From a virus (lineage: Duplodnaviria; Caudoviricetes): a stretch of DNA of 64,000 bases. The notes beneath the pieces are model-generated. The model saw nothing but the letters and a program-made list of their open reading frames with translations, had not been told where the DNA came from and ran no database searches. Positions 18,009 through 27,654 of this stretch are shown piece after piece (position 1 is the first letter of the stretch; every line of letters begins with the position of its first letter). The DNA lies in IMG/VR virus record IMGVR_UViG_3300027792_000002, positions 617 through 64,616 of that record; one strand, 5' to 3'. Both the position numbers and the translations under genes were made by a program.

Positions 18009-19405
18009 TACTATCCGACAAAGAAAAATTTGAATTGAGGCTTAAAAACCTGAATGTTGCCGAAAAACAATTCAATATTCAGCAACAATACCCGAATATA
18101 TCTACTATTGTAGGCAAAGATGCGTGGTTCCCTGATTTTGGCAATGCAAAAAATTTAGAAAACGAATACCTTTCCAACCCTGTGTTAAATGCAGTTATAA
18201 ATATGAAGGCTTCTTTTGAGGCAAACGTAAAGGTATTCATACGCAACATAAAAAACGGCGAAATAATAACAGCAGAAAAATATAGGCGTGGGCTTACAAA
18301 AGACAAAGACGTAAACAAGCTTTTGCAGTTAATCAACAACCCAAACCCGTTGCAATCCACAAAAGAATTTTTATTAATCAACTCTATATTAAAATCTGTT
18401 TTTGGCAATGCCTATATATACGGCAATTCTGCAAATGGGAAAATAGATTTCAACAACGTATATTACCTGTGGAACGTATGGCCGCAATATATGAAACCCG
18501 ATTTAACAGAAAGGGATTATTTCAGTCAAGTTTCTGGGATAGGGATGGTGAAAAGGTGGGTATGGAACGGGCTGAACAATGAAAAATATTTTAGTACCGA
18601 CGAGATACTCCACCGGAAAGAACCAAATATACGGTTGAGAAGCAATGTGGATTTGATACTCGGAGAATCTAAGCTTGTTTGTTTGTCTTACCCATTGTCA
18701 AATATAAAAATAGCTTATGAAAGCCGTAATTCCATAGCGCAGAATATGGGCATGATGGGGATAATATCAAGTAACCGGAACGATGGGAATATGGGTGCTA
18801 TGATGTTGGACGATGAAGAACAAAAAGAAGTTCAGAACGACCTTTCTGATTACGGGACTAGGTTTGGGCAGAAAAAATGGCTTGTCACGAGGCACAATAT
18901 CAAATACCAGTCTGTTGACCAAGACGTAAGGAAGCTGGGGTTGTTGAATGAAATAGTTTCCGATGCGAAGATAGTATGCCATGAATTTAATATCCCCCCG
19001 CTATTGCTGCAAATGGAACAAAGAGGGGCTACATTCGAGAACCAAAGGGTGGCAGAAAGGAGCGCATACCAAAATACGGTTATACCTGAATCAGAGGATA
19101 AATTCGAGGATTTGAACAACTGGTTGCAAACAAGGGAAAAAGGATGGGAATACGTCCCGGATTACAGCCATTTGCCTTCATTGCAAGAAAATGAAAAAGA
19201 CCGCTCCGAAACTATAAAAAACACGAGCGCAGTTTATGAACGCCTATTTTTTGCCGGAGGGTGTACTTATAACCATTGGTGGCAAGCATTGGGCAAAGAG
19301 GTTATAAACGAGCCTTGGGCAAATAAAAGGATAGTAGAGATGTCTGACGAAGAAATACAGAAAATCAAAGGCAATTATTCAATAAGCATACAAAATGAAG
19401 GATAA
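18005..19405 (+). CDS. Portal protein (HK97-type)
   Basis: LINNPNPLQSTKEFL, FGNAYIY, ICHEFNIPP-like (VCHEFNIPPLLL), ATFENQ; position after terL. Confidence 0.9.
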   Translation: MILSDKEKFELRLKNLNVAEKQFNIQQQYPNISTIVGKDAWFPDFGNAKNLENEYLSNPVLNAVINMKASFEANVKVFIRNIKNGEIITAEKYRRGLTKDKDVNKLLQLINNPNPLQSTKEFLLINSILKSVFGNAYIYGNSANGKIDFNNVYYLWNVWPQYMKPDLTERDYFSQVSGIGMVKRWVWNGLNNEKYFSTDEILHRKEPNIRLRSNVDLILGESKLVCLSYPLSNIKIAYESRNSIAQNMGMMGIISSNRNDGNMGAMMLDDEEQKEVQNDLSDYGTRFGQKKWLVTRHNIKYQSVDQDVRKLGLLNEIVSDAKIVCHEFNIPPLLLQMEQRGATFENQRVAERSAYQNTVIPESEDKFEDLNNWLQTREKGWEYVPDYSHLPSLQENEKDRSETIKNTSAVYERLFFAGGCTYNHWWQALGKEVINEPWANKRIVEMSDEEIQKIKGNYSISIQNEG

Positions 19406-19488
19406 AAAAATAAATATAGAAGAAGCAAAAAAGAAATTGGCTAAAAAGCTTCTTAAACAAAAAGACGGGAAAGTAATACATAAATAAG

Positions 19489-20349
19489 ATGTACTGCAAA
19501 GCATTAAAAAAAGATTTTGCCGATAAAAGCGAGTTATTCCGCGAATTGAAGCAAAACGAGGAAAGGATAATATCATTAAAAAAGGCGCAGACATATAAAA
19601 GCGCAGAAAAAGGGCAATTAAGCATTTTCGGGGCATACCTTAAACCCGACTTAGTGGATAAATCACTAGGCATCAAACAAGGGTATGTATATCCAGTCAT
19701 AAATACCACGCGGTATATGGATTCGCATGACGATGTGCATTTTGACGGGATATGGAAAAAAACATTGAAAGAACAATCAGGCAAGATATTTTATGCTTCT
19801 GGGCATAAATTGGACATAGACAATATAATCGCATGGCCGGAAGACGTAAGGGCTTTTACTGAAACCGTGGATTGGGCAATGGTAGGCAAAGACTATCCCG
19901 GTCAAACAGAAGCGTTGATATTCGAGATAGCAGAAGAAAACATAAAAAAACCGTCTGCATTGGAAGCCATAAGGCAGCGTAGGAAAGTCCAAGGGTCTGT
20001 TTCTATGATTTATGTCAAGATAACCCTTGGCTTGAACAGCGATGAAAAAGATTATGCCGTAAACAAGGCATATTATGATTCTCACTTAAATTTAATCGCA
20101 AATAAAGAAGAAGTAGAATCGCAGGGGTATTTTTTCGGCGTTGAGGAAGCCAAGATATACAAAGAAGGCAGCCTTGTGATAGCAGGGTCGAATGATGCGA
20201 CAGAAATAATCTACCCAGAAGAAGAAGAGGAAGAAGAAAAAAAAATAATTCAGCCGGAGGAATCCACTGAAAAAAATATAGAGCCGGAAGAATCCACTCA
20301 AAGCGAGATTTATAAATATTTGTTGGAAAACATTAAAAAAATACGTTAA
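19489..20349 (+). CDS. Putative prohead protease/scaffold
   Basis: INTTRYMDSHDDVH, EGSLVIAGSNDAT, acidic tail; between portal and capsid. Confidence 0.7.
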   Translation: MYCKALKKDFADKSELFRELKQNEERIISLKKAQTYKSAEKGQLSIFGAYLKPDLVDKSLGIKQGYVYPVINTTRYMDSHDDVHFDGIWKKTLKEQSGKIFYASGHKLDIDNIIAWPEDVRAFTETVDWAMVGKDYPGQTEALIFEIAEENIKKPSALEAIRQRRKVQGSVSMIYVKITLGLNSDEKDYAVNKAYYDSHLNLIANKEEVESQGYFFGVEEAKIYKEGSLVIAGSNDATEIIYPEEEEEEEKKIIQPEESTEKNIEPEESTQSEIYKYLLENIKKIR

Positions 20350-21675
20350 ATGGAAGAAAAAGAAGCATTGCTGACCGAAATAAAAAACCTTATTTCAGAT
20401 AGCACAAAAGGGGTTGTTAAAGAGGAAGAACTAGACAAGAAAATCGGAGAGGTAAACAAAAAATTGGAAGTCCTCAACAACAAAGAAAACAACCATAACG
20501 AGATCAACGATTTGAAAAAAAGCGTTGACAACCTCGTTGAGCAGTTGAACAAAAACAGCCTTGAATTGAAGGCGTTGCAAGAAAATGGCATTAAAGGCAA
20601 ACAGGAAAACAAAACCTTGCGTGACCTTATGAAAGATGCTATTATGGAAAAACAGGATATTTTCCTGAAAGAAAAGAATGACGACTATGGGAAACGGATG
20701 TCTATGAAAGAATGGTTTTCTGAAAAAGGCAACCAAAATTCGCCGACATTTGTATTGAAAGATGCCGTAGATATGCTGCAATCAGCAATCAACGGGAATT
20801 ATGTAAACTACCACCGCTTGACGGAATTAGATCCGATGAGGGTAGGCATCCCATTGACTATTTACCCGCACGTTTTGGGTGCAATGAGGTCAAAAAGGAT
20901 TTCCAAGCCTTATATGGCTTTATTGGTAGTATATACCTATACTGACGGCACTGGCGTAAAAACAGAGGGTTCTGCATCAAGCAAATCAAGTTTCTTGCTG
21001 AAGACAGTAAATTTCCCGGCTTTCTATATCGCTACTTATTTTACGTTGTCCGATGAAACAATGGATGATTTAGAAGAAGTATTGGATGAAATCAATGCCA
21101 CCGCACCCGACAAAGTACTCGATAAAATTGACGAGTTTGTATTGGGGACTACCGGGGATGATTCGACTGCAATCGCAGGGCTGTTTACATCTACGAAACA
21201 TACTGATTTCGATACTACTACTTATGCTAGTTTTGCTGAAAGCGCGACTATTATTGATGTTATCGCTGCTGCAAAAGCACAGGTAGAGGCTGCAAAATAC
21301 AAACCAGATGCCGTGTGGATGAACCCGCTTGATTTTGCGAAATGGGGAGCATTGAAAAATTCATTGGAAGATTCATTGAATGACCGAAGGGTTGCGTTCA
21401 ACGCGCTTGGCGAACCTATTAGTGTTTGCGGGTTGCTTGTAAGGAAATCTGCTTATGTTACCGCAGATACATTGGCTGTTGTGGACAGCAACCAGCTTTG
21501 GATCGGTGTCCGCAAGGATATGACTATGGAAATAGGAAACAACGGCACTGATTTAGTAGAAGGGCAAAAAACAGCCGTCCTGAAAATCAGGGTTGCTTTT
21601 GGTGTCCGCGACAAAGCAGGTGTTGTTTATTCAGATGCTGTCACTGCTAACGCAAATACAATTTCAATTACGTAA
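20350..21675 (+). CDS. Major capsid protein (HK97 fold)
   Basis: Coiled-coil delta domain, TEGSA, IATYFTLSDETMDD, VWMNPLDF. Confidence 0.88.
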   Translation: MEEKEALLTEIKNLISDSTKGVVKEEELDKKIGEVNKKLEVLNNKENNHNEINDLKKSVDNLVEQLNKNSLELKALQENGIKGKQENKTLRDLMKDAIMEKQDIFLKEKNDDYGKRMSMKEWFSEKGNQNSPTFVLKDAVDMLQSAINGNYVNYHRLTELDPMRVGIPLTIYPHVLGAMRSKRISKPYMALLVVYTYTDGTGVKTEGSASSKSSFLLKTVNFPAFYIATYFTLSDETMDDLEEVLDEINATAPDKVLDKIDEFVLGTTGDDSTAIAGLFTSTKHTDFDTTTYASFAESATIIDVIAAAKAQVEAAKYKPDAVWMNPLDFAKWGALKNSLEDSLNDRRVAFNALGEPISVCGLLVRKSAYVTADTLAVVDSNQLWIGVRKDMTMEIGNNGTDLVEGQKTAVLKIRVAFGVRDKAGVVYSDAVTANANTISIT

Positions 21676-21677
21676 CC

Positions 21678-23591
21678 ATGAGAAAGCTGATAATTCTATT
21701 AGCGTTGATCGTTGTAGCAATGGTCAGCATGGCGGCAGACCGCACGGGTGTTATTCGTACTGGTAAAAATACCATTAATTCGCCGTTTGCCCTTAATGCA
21801 AGCGATACGATAAATGAAAGCGACACTGTTACGTTTACTATTACCAATATCCAGCCATATTCACAAAACCAAGTTTTTACAATTGGCTTGGATTCTGTTT
21901 CTGGCACTCCTGGGGTAACGATTACTGCTTACGGGAAAGTAACGAGTTCAGGGAGTTGGGTCGCTATCGGTTCTGCTATTACGTGGACTTCGGATTCAAA
22001 TGATGGGTCTATTACATCTACAAGCCCGATTAATTATAATTATTTAAAAGTCGAATTTATTTCCGATGCCACAGACCAGCAGACGTTGATTGATGTATTT
22101 CAGGTAAAAACTTCCAATGCGTTCAGCATACCTGCAAGTTCGGGGACGTTGACTGTTTCTCGTTCCGATGCTGGCACTGTTACTATTACAAGTGCAGACA
22201 ATGATGCAAATGCAGCGTTGACTGTTGCGGCAGGAGGGACTGGGGCATTGACTTTAGGGGATGCTGGCTCGACTACTGCGATTACTTCAAGCGATTGGGC
22301 AATCGGGGCAACTGGTGCAATGACTGGCATAGGCGCAATCACAGCAGATGGTTTGATTACTGCAAACGCAGGGGTTACTTTAGGCGCTGGGGACGACCTT
22401 ATAGGTTCGTCCACTTCCGATATTACAATCAATACCGACAAGTTCACCGTAGCAGGTGCTACTGGCAATACATTGATTGCTGGCACTTTGGATGCAGACG
22501 GCGTTTCGACTTTCAGTTCTGCAACGCCTATCGTATTTGACGGGACTGTAACCAAAGGGCTTAATTTTGCCAGTGTCACCCCGTCTTTTACCGATGCAGA
22601 CAATGCGTGGTTTGCCGCAGGGACTTGGAACGATGCAATTGAAATCAGTTCGCAGACTGAACATTTTGTCCCTATACAGGTAAACTTAAAGAGTAAATCG
22701 AGTATCGCAAAGGATATTGCGGCTGCACGGTTCAGGGTAAATACCGATGCTGTCGGAGGCACTGCCAATACTTTGACAAATGTCAATGTCTTGGAAATGC
22801 GTTCAAAGCTGGAAGTTAATACCGGGAGCCATGCAAACTTGCAAGTATCGACAGAGGTAAGCGAAAACATTACCAATACCGGGGATTTGCTCGTTGGCTA
22901 TTTCAGTTTGCAGGGGGACGGGAATATTACTTCCGGCAACCATGTAAACGTTTTGGAAGCTACCAATACGCATACGGGGACAGGTGTTGACAACGTTGCA
23001 CATTTTACTGAAAATGGCACGGGTGGTACTATTACCAATATTTTAAAAGTAGAGGGGATTGCCGGGACTGCTACAAATCTAGCTGCATTGGTAAATACCG
23101 GGGCAACTGTTACAAGCGGGCTGGATATTTCCGGGACATTGACCAATGACATTGTTTTGCAGAATGACGAAACTATCGCAAACAGCACAGACGGTACTGT
23201 CGCTGTAAGCGGGGTACTTTCAGCAAATCTACGTGCCGCAACAATAGTTGTCAATACAGATGAATCAGAAACGTTGACTGCTGCCCAATCAGGGGCTTTC
23301 GTGACTTTTGACGGCGCAGGTACTGCGACTATACCAGATCCGTCTGCTGCAACAATAGGGGTAATCTATTATTTGCTCCAAACTGCCGATGCAGACCTGA
23401 TAGTGACTTCTACTACTGCCGACAACAATGCTTTTATTGCCGACAATGTAGCTACATCGGATGCTGTAACCATGACAGGGGCTGGGCATAAGCTTGGCGG
23501 AGGCATGATGGTAGTAGGCGTTTCTGCGACCAAATGGTTTTGCGTTGCATTGAACCCTGAATCAGAATTGACACCAGAAGCAGCAGACTAA
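21678..23591 (+). CDS. T/G/A-rich putative head decoration or fibre protein with signal peptide
   Basis: Directly after capsid; MRKLIILLALIVVAMVSMA; fibre-like repeats. Confidence 0.6.
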   Translation: MRKLIILLALIVVAMVSMAADRTGVIRTGKNTINSPFALNASDTINESDTVTFTITNIQPYSQNQVFTIGLDSVSGTPGVTITAYGKVTSSGSWVAIGSAITWTSDSNDGSITSTSPINYNYLKVEFISDATDQQTLIDVFQVKTSNAFSIPASSGTLTVSRSDAGTVTITSADNDANAALTVAAGGTGALTLGDAGSTTAITSSDWAIGATGAMTGIGAITADGLITANAGVTLGAGDDLIGSSTSDITINTDKFTVAGATGNTLIAGTLDADGVSTFSSATPIVFDGTVTKGLNFASVTPSFTDADNAWFAAGTWNDAIEISSQTEHFVPIQVNLKSKSSIAKDIAAARFRVNTDAVGGTANTLTNVNVLEMRSKLEVNTGSHANLQVSTEVSENITNTGDLLVGYFSLQGDGNITSGNHVNVLEATNTHTGTGVDNVAHFTENGTGGTITNILKVEGIAGTATNLAALVNTGATVTSGLDISGTLTNDIVLQNDETIANSTDGTVAVSGVLSANLRAATIVVNTDESETLTAAQSGAFVTFDGAGTATIPDPSAATIGVIYYLLQTADADLIVTSTTADNNAFIADNVATSDAVTMTGAGHKLGGGMMVVGVSATKWFCVALNPESELTPEAAD

Positions 23592-23812
23592 TGGAAGCAA
23601 TCCTTAAATCAGGCAAGATAGTCAAAGGCAAAGCAGCAGAGGTATTTGTCAGGATAGGCATAGCAAAAGAGGTATTGAAGCCTATGATGCCTATCGAGGC
23701 AAAAGAAGTTGCATTGCCAGTAAAAGAAGAAAAAGCAGTATTGGCTACCAAAGAATTTAAGGTAAAAATTGCTGCTAAAATACCTAAAAAAAGGGGTAGG
23801 AAGAAAAAATGA
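23591..23812 (+). CDS. Small basic protein
   Basis: TAATG coupling; KKRGRKKK tail. Confidence 0.6.
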   Translation: MEAILKSGKIVKGKAAEVFVRIGIAKEVLKPMMPIEAKEVALPVKEEKAVLATKEFKVKIAAKIPKKRGRKKK

Positions 23813-24441
23813 GCCAGATAGACTACACATATTTCATCCGGGAGATAAACATCCAATTGAACAGTTTTTCGGCGACAGACCCTGTTTATGCGGCATTGGT
23901 AAATGCTATCAGCAGGTACGAGGACGAGGTATTGAAAAAAGCCCTTGGTTATGCTTTATGGAAAGAATATACAGATGCTTACGCAGCTTCGATAGCTACG
24001 CCGCCGACAGCGTTAGCCCAGAAATGGTCTGACCTGAAAAACGGGGCGGAGTTCTCATTTGATTACTATGGGCATACGATAACCGAAAAATGGGTAGGGT
24101 TTACTAACAGCGACAAAATATCGTTGATAGCGAATTACGTATATTATCAACACAGGATGAATATTGAAACGTCTAATACTGGCATAGGAGAAAGGAAGGC
24201 AAAGGGCGAAAACTCTGTTGCAGCGGATGCAAAGCCTAAATTGGTAAAAGCATGGAACGGGATGGTAAAATTGTACGGGGAAACGCCAAGGGAATACATC
24301 TACAAGGATTATTTTTTGGACAATGCCAATTACGAGCATTTTGACACAGAACCGTCATTGTACAATTTCCTCCTTGCTAATCTATCCGATTACAGCAATT
24401 GGGTTTTTACCCCTTTGAAACTTAAACATAGTATGTGGTAA
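23809..24441 (+). CDS. Putative head-tail adaptor
   Basis: Position; IDYTYF...LIANYVYY. Confidence 0.6.
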   Translation: MSQIDYTYFIREINIQLNSFSATDPVYAALVNAISRYEDEVLKKALGYALWKEYTDAYAASIATPPTALAQKWSDLKNGAEFSFDYYGHTITEKWVGFTNSDKISLIANYVYYQHRMNIETSNTGIGERKAKGENSVAADAKPKLVKAWNGMVKLYGETPREYIYKDYFLDNANYEHFDTEPSLYNFLLANLSDYSNWVFTPLKLKHSMW

Positions 24442-24995
24442 TGGCAATAATGAAAGTGATACCAAGTGCGACCATAATAAATATCGTTGATGTCATCAGC
24501 GATATAGTAACGGCAGTCAGGGCAGAATACGATACTGTAAACAGCCCCGCCGAAACACCTTATTATATGCACGGTGCTTGGATGGAAATCGAAAATACTT
24601 TAAAAGAAAAAACCGAAGCTGGGAATGAATTGAAATTCAAAAAATACCCTGCAATCATACTTTTAGAAGATATAGATTCTAAAGGGGCAGATGGGATATT
24701 TGCTTTTAAAGCAAAACTCAACATTGTCATAGCTACGAACTCTACTGATTACTACAAGGCAGATGATAGATATACGAATACTTTCGACACGGTTTTGACG
24801 CCGTTGTATAAGTTGTTTATGAAACATGCCTTGAGGTCACTGAAACTCCATAAACAAAATGGGGTCATACAGCACGAGCCCATCAACAGGATGTCTTTGG
24901 GCAAGTCTAATATTTATGGCAAAGATGCCACTATCCCAGACGATTATGTCGATGCGATAGAAATAAAAAATTTTGATTGTAAAATTTATAGATAA
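24435..24995 (+). CDS. Putative tail terminator/completion protein
   Basis: KKYPAIIL, position before tail tube. Confidence 0.55.
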   Translation: MVMAIMKVIPSATIINIVDVISDIVTAVRAEYDTVNSPAETPYYMHGAWMEIENTLKEKTEAGNELKFKKYPAIILLEDIDSKGADGIFAFKAKLNIVIATNSTDYYKADDRYTNTFDTVLTPLYKLFMKHALRSLKLHKQNGVIQHEPINRMSLGKSNIYGKDATIPDDYVDAIEIKNFDCKIYR

Positions 24996-24998
24996 ACC

Positions 24999-25910
24999 AT
25001 GACAGTACAAAAATTAATTTCAAGTTCATTGTCTAACCTCGGGTACGGTGGGGCAACGCGGGAAAATCCATTCGTGGATATTGCCGGGCTTGTAGCCACC
25101 ACTACTGCGTTCAACCTTACTTCCCTTGCGCTTGCCGCAACGGAGGCTACGTGGACTGCTGGGGTAAAGGCAAAAACCGTATTCCCATTCCCTAAAATAT
25201 GGGATGTAGAGGATGTTTCGGAAGAAATAAAAGTAGCTACTTCCACAAGTGGCAAAAACGTAAAACGCACTGCAAACAGGGTGATTAAAAAACGTTTTAT
25301 GTTTGATGCTACAATGGATGTCAACAAAGCGTTGAAATCGTTTGACAATGCTGCGGTAAGGGTATTTATGTTTGATTCGAGCAACAATATCAAATTTTAC
25401 CTTAATAGCGCAGTCCCTACGGGGTTCTCTGTTTCCAGCATTGTTTTTGAGGGACAGAAAGATGCTCCGCAAGATGGGAGCAAACCTTCTTTGGCTTCGG
25501 TTCTGATCGCCTTTAAGGACAGCGAAGAATGGGATCAGTACGGGCATTATGTCTGCCCTACATGGCGTATTGCCGATGTCGAGCCGCTTACCGATGTTTA
25601 CATCGAACAGGTAGGTACATTTGCTGCGACAGGCGGGACGGTACGGGCTTATTCGTATTCCAACTATACTTCGGCAGGGGCTATCAATAAAATCCCGATC
25701 ACTGGGTTGGTCAAAGCCGATTTTATCGCGCTTACGGCGGCTGGTGCAAGCCAGACTTCTGCTATTACTGGATCGGTTACAGACAACGCAGATGGTACTT
25801 ATACCATGATTTGCACTGGTTTTGCAACCGGGACTATTGATTTGACGACCCCTGCGGCACTCAGCAATGGGTACTTTGACGGGGTAGCCGGGACTATAAC
25901 AGTAACCTAA
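24999..25910 (+). CDS. Major tail (tube) protein with C-terminal Ig-like domain
   Basis: Position, composition, DNADGTYT, followed by terminator. Confidence 0.65.
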   Translation: MTVQKLISSSLSNLGYGGATRENPFVDIAGLVATTTAFNLTSLALAATEATWTAGVKAKTVFPFPKIWDVEDVSEEIKVATSTSGKNVKRTANRVIKKRFMFDATMDVNKALKSFDNAAVRVFMFDSSNNIKFYLNSAVPTGFSVSSIVFEGQKDAPQDGSKPSLASVLIAFKDSEEWDQYGHYVCPTWRIADVEPLTDVYIEQVGTFAATGGTVRAYSYSNYTSAGAINKIPITGLVKADFIALTAAGASQTSAITGSVTDNADGTYTMICTGFATGTIDLTTPAALSNGYFDGVAGTITVT

Positions 25911-25937
25911 TAAAAGGGGGCTAACGACCCCCTTTTA
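25911..25937 (+). terminator. Intrinsic terminator
   Basis: AAAAGGGGG-ctaacga-CCCCCTTTT. Confidence 0.7.
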
Positions 25938-25940
25938 AAA

Positions 25941-26435
25941 ATGGAATTGCAACAATTTGCCACAAATTGCGAAACGCTGAACCCTTGGGAGGTGCTGATG
26001 CCGATATTGGAAAAATATTTACCTGAAATGGTTGAAAAAAATAAAGACAATCTTTGGGATGGCAAAACATCCACTGGATCGAATATTATTCCAACTTATT
26101 TAACAGACCCGTATTTTCCACATACAACACCGGGGGGAAGGGTTATAACGGCAAAGGCATATATGGCATGGAAATCCAGCCCCGGTTACATGCAGGGTTC
26201 GTCAAGAAATAAGGAAACTCCGAATTTGTATATTTCGGGCAAGTTTTACAGTGAAATAAGCGCGGTTGTAACAGGGTTGGGGATTGAATTTGATGCAGAA
26301 ACATCATTAGGAAGCGCAATACAGGCAAAATTTGGCAATAAGGTTTTGGGTATTACAGACAAAGATTGGCTTCCTATACAGGAAAAAGTAATACCTGAAT
26401 ATGTAGAGGCACTAATACAAAAACTATTAACATGA
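25941..26435 (+). CDS. Putative tail completion/morphogenesis protein
   Basis: PNLYISGKFY...KFGNKVLGIT. Confidence 0.55.
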   Translation: MELQQFATNCETLNPWEVLMPILEKYLPEMVEKNKDNLWDGKTSTGSNIIPTYLTDPYFPHTTPGGRVITAKAYMAWKSSPGYMQGSSRNKETPNLYISGKFYSEISAVVTGLGIEFDAETSLGSAIQAKFGNKVLGITDKDWLPIQEKVIPEYVEALIQKLLT

Positions 26436-26698
26436 ATTTATCAGAATTATCTTATTCAGACCTTAATCATTTATTAACCGATTTAATGGAAAGTCGCCAT
26501 TCTATTATGGAATATTTATGGAAATTAACGGGCAATTCTTCTAAAAATAATCCATACAAGGAATACCGTAAACTAAAACCAGCACCACAAGAAGAAATAG
26601 AATTAGCAGACAAAGATGTGGGCGACCACAATTTTAAAATAGCAAAGGTTATTGATAGGATAACGTTTTTGATGAATGATATTGATTACGAAAAATAA
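26432..26698 (+). CDS. Hypothetical protein
   Basis: ATGA coupling. Confidence 0.55.
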   Translation: MNLSELSYSDLNHLLTDLMESRHSIMEYLWKLTGNSSKNNPYKEYRKLKPAPQEEIELADKDVGDHNFKIAKVIDRITFLMNDIDYEK

Positions 26699-26703
26699 TT
26701 GCT

Positions 26704-26928
26704 ATGGAATTAAACGGGCATGAACTCGAAATGGAATACGTGGGCTACAAGACCCAACTTGGGTTGTTCAAAAAAGGGCATTACGGGAGGAATATCTGGC
26801 ATTGGGTAATCCGTCTGTATCTGCGCTTTATGTTGGTAAAACGTTTTTTCAAGTTAAGGAAAGACTTTAAATCCGGGTTTATCGAACCGGAGGCATACAA
26901 GATTTACAAAACAATGTTAATACACTGA
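26704..26928 (+). CDS. Hypothetical protein
   Basis: 74-aa ORF in operon. Confidence 0.5.
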   Translation: MELNGHELEMEYVGYKTQLGLFKKGHYGRNIWHWVIRLYLRFMLVKRFFKLRKDFKSGFIEPEAYKIYKTMLIH

Positions 26929-26930
26929 TT

Positions 26931-27227
26931 ATGATAGGAAAAGAAATATTTAAAAACTTGGGTTATGTCAGGGAAATGGCGAAGGCACAGGCTCAGAAGC
27001 TTGGGGTCGATATGGCAATATATAAAACAAAAATCGGGGGTGACGAAGTTTTCCAAATCACTGAAACAACGAACCCTGCGGCGGGGACTGTCGAAATTGT
27101 ACGCTACGCCAAGCCAGTTGATGATAGAGCCGTTCTACGAGATGATGAAAACGTGGGATTTGAGCCTGTTGAAGAAAAACCCAAAGGCAAAGGTAAGCAC
27201 AGAGTTGTTGTTGATGACATGGAATAA
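26931..27227 (+). CDS. Hypothetical protein (possible tail assembly chaperone)
   Basis: Upstream of tape measure; overlaps next ORF. Confidence 0.5.
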   Translation: MIGKEIFKNLGYVREMAKAQAQKLGVDMAIYKTKIGGDEVFQITETTNPAAGTVEIVRYAKPVDDRAVLRDDENVGFEPVEEKPKGKGKHRVVVDDME

Positions 27228-27654
27228 CCTGCGGGAGTATTATTTTTTGAATACCAATAAGCAAAATTGGGAAACTTTTATCGACAACTTGAAAAAAATT
27301 GCCGCCATAGAAAACGAAATTACTTCGTGCAAGGCAGGTGCTATTTTAGTTAAATATGGGCATGAATCAGGGAAAGATGTTTTGGGGTATTGGGGCATAA
27401 ATACGACAGACGAAAGTTTGATTAGGAGCGCAATATTGCAACGGGAAACAAAGAAGAGGTTGATTGAGGCCCGGATGAATAAAAACGATAAACAAGAGAG
27501 ATTCGATTTTTACGAGATGTTGGCAAATATCGAAATGAGCTTGCCACACCAAATAGACATTAAAAATACAAGTTTAGAGAGATGGTGCGGGATATTAAAA
27601 GGCATAAATTCAAAGAACAAGATAGAAAAAGCGGCATACAATAAAAAGAAATGA
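26965..27654 (+). CDS. Pre-tape-measure protein (start uncertain; ATG at 27121)
   Basis: ATGA-coupled to tape measure. Confidence 0.55.
   Translation: MSGKWRRHRLRSLGSIWQYIKQKSGVTKFSKSLKQRTLRRGLSKLYATPSQLMIEPFYEMMKTWDLSLLKKNPKAKVSTELLLMTWNNLREYYFLNTNKQNWETFIDNLKKIAAIENEITSCKAGAILVKYGHESGKDVLGYWGINTTDESLIRSAILQRETKKRLIEARMNKNDKQERFDFYEMLANIEMSLPHQIDIKNTSLERWCGILKGINSKNKIEKAAYNKKK

Noticed and set aside
22100-22876. Long antisense ORFs over structural genes (also 29966-30601, 36224-36799, 27560-28111)
   Set aside because: Shadow frames of strongly coding + strand genes.
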